A DNA stretch of 64,000 nucleotides from Podarcis cretensis (taxonomy: Eukaryota). The notes under the pieces are model-generated. The model was not told the origin of the DNA. It made no database searches and worked only from the letters and a program-made list of their open reading frames with translations. The stretch spans positions 44,082,001 to 44,146,000 of the forward strand of contig OX638163.1 in NCBI GenBank assembly GCA_951804945.1. Direction: 5' to 3'. Positions within the stretch are counted from its first letter, which is position 1. Every line of letters begins with the position of its first letter. Both the position numbers and the translations under genes were made by a program. Below are positions 62,830 to 64,000 of this stretch, in pieces.

Positions 62830-64000
62830 TAGTTTGTGAAACCCAGGGCCAGTGCTAACAGAAGCTATCAGACAGCCTTCCCCAGCCTTGGATTTCCCAG
62901 ATGTTGTTGGACTCCAACTCTCATAATCTGCAGCCAGCATGGCCACTGCTCAAGGATGATGGCAGCTGTAGTCCAGCAAAATCTGGGGATGTATTGTTGG
63001 AGTAGTTAGCTTTAGGACAGGCAGGTTCATAGATCCATGGAAAAAGCAAATAAATGGAACTGGAATGCCCTGCGGAAATCTAGACTTATTTGTCAAAATG
63101 AAAGATCCAGCACATCTCTAGCTCTGGGCATTTCTGTAGTCAGCTTGGCTTCATTTTTGCTCTGTGTGTGCAATTTTTGTGGGGAGGGGAGCTTTGCTCA
63201 CAGAGCTACCTAGAAGCTCTAAGGAGTTCCTGAACCATCTTGAGATGCCTAGTTAATTGTGTGATCCAATGCAGATATGTGAGGACCTTCAGCTCATTAT
63301 TTGGGGTACACCACACGATCATTGCAGATGCCTAGCATATGCTAGGTAAAACTGCATAGGAAATGTTGGATGTTATGCATATGAAAATTGACCAAATGGA
63401 GAGAAACAAAAATTTCCAGATTCATCCATCCCTAGTTCAAGCCACCAGGTAAAAAACAGGTCTGGACTATTATACCAACTATTATACCAACACCATTAAA
63501 TCTATATATTTATAATATTAAATTGGCTTTTGGAAGATATTTCTACCCCACTGAAATGGCTATTTTTATCCTAAAAATTTAACATTGGGAATATTCTGCA
63601 AAGCTCTAATCAGTATAAATTGATTCAATTAATAGGAGTCATGAATTCTCATGGAATGCATTCCCAACTGCCGTTGTCAAATGCTTCCATCCCATAAAGC
63701 CAAGATTCACTCATATTTTAATTTCCAGTGGATGCCTTTGGGTCTCCATAGCAACAGTTCAGCAAAAGGAGGCTTGAAGTGTTACATATTATCTAATATA
63801 TCCTCAATCCACATAAATGTTGCCAGAAAATCTGTCAAATCTGTTCAAGTGTAGAGCACCCTGGGACTTAAGCAAAGGAATGCATTAAATTGCAGCTCAT
63901 TGTAGCCCATCACTGTTGACACTGCTGCCCTTGAACGAACTTCTACGAGACTCCAGAGAACAATCCTACAGAAATCAATAGGTTCAGTAGAAACAGCACT

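Noticed and set aside
1-64000. ORF-track entries as host protein-coding genes
   Set aside because: They are short, often non-ATG, and either map to TEs, microsatellites or have no recognisable homology; no consistent multi-exon structure could be built.

Overview
AT-rich, CpG-poor vertebrate DNA, almost certainly from a squamate and probably a lacertid lizard. The evidence is young Sauria SINEs with (ACCTTT)n tails, Squam3/Squam2-type SINEs and lizard-type L2/CR1/L1/RTE fragments. No host protein-coding gene, rRNA, tRNA or CRISPR feature can be supported, so the window reads as a long intron or intergenic region. Every ORF in the track that I can recognise derives from a transposable element. 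The content is a dense TE record: at least 8 Sauria SINE pieces, L2, CR1, L1, RTE and RTE-X-like LINE fragments, several hAT MITE families with 8-bp target-site duplications (TSDs), Tc1/mariner-type MITEs with TA TSDs, and one or two solo-LTR-like elements. Many insertions are nested and their TSDs are still readable. The most notable structures are: a 960-bp CpG-rich non-autonomous hAT element built of tandem hairpins (27345-28304); a MITE family that appears to carry a captured L2 3' tail (two copies); a three-level MITE>L1>SINE nest; an LTR-like element with an open acidic/basic 120-aa ORF; a 25-nt retro-insertion with a 15-bp TSD; and a perfect 28-bp fold-back palindrome. Family names come from recognition by eye, not database searches. 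I do not find evidence for a genuinely new biological system.
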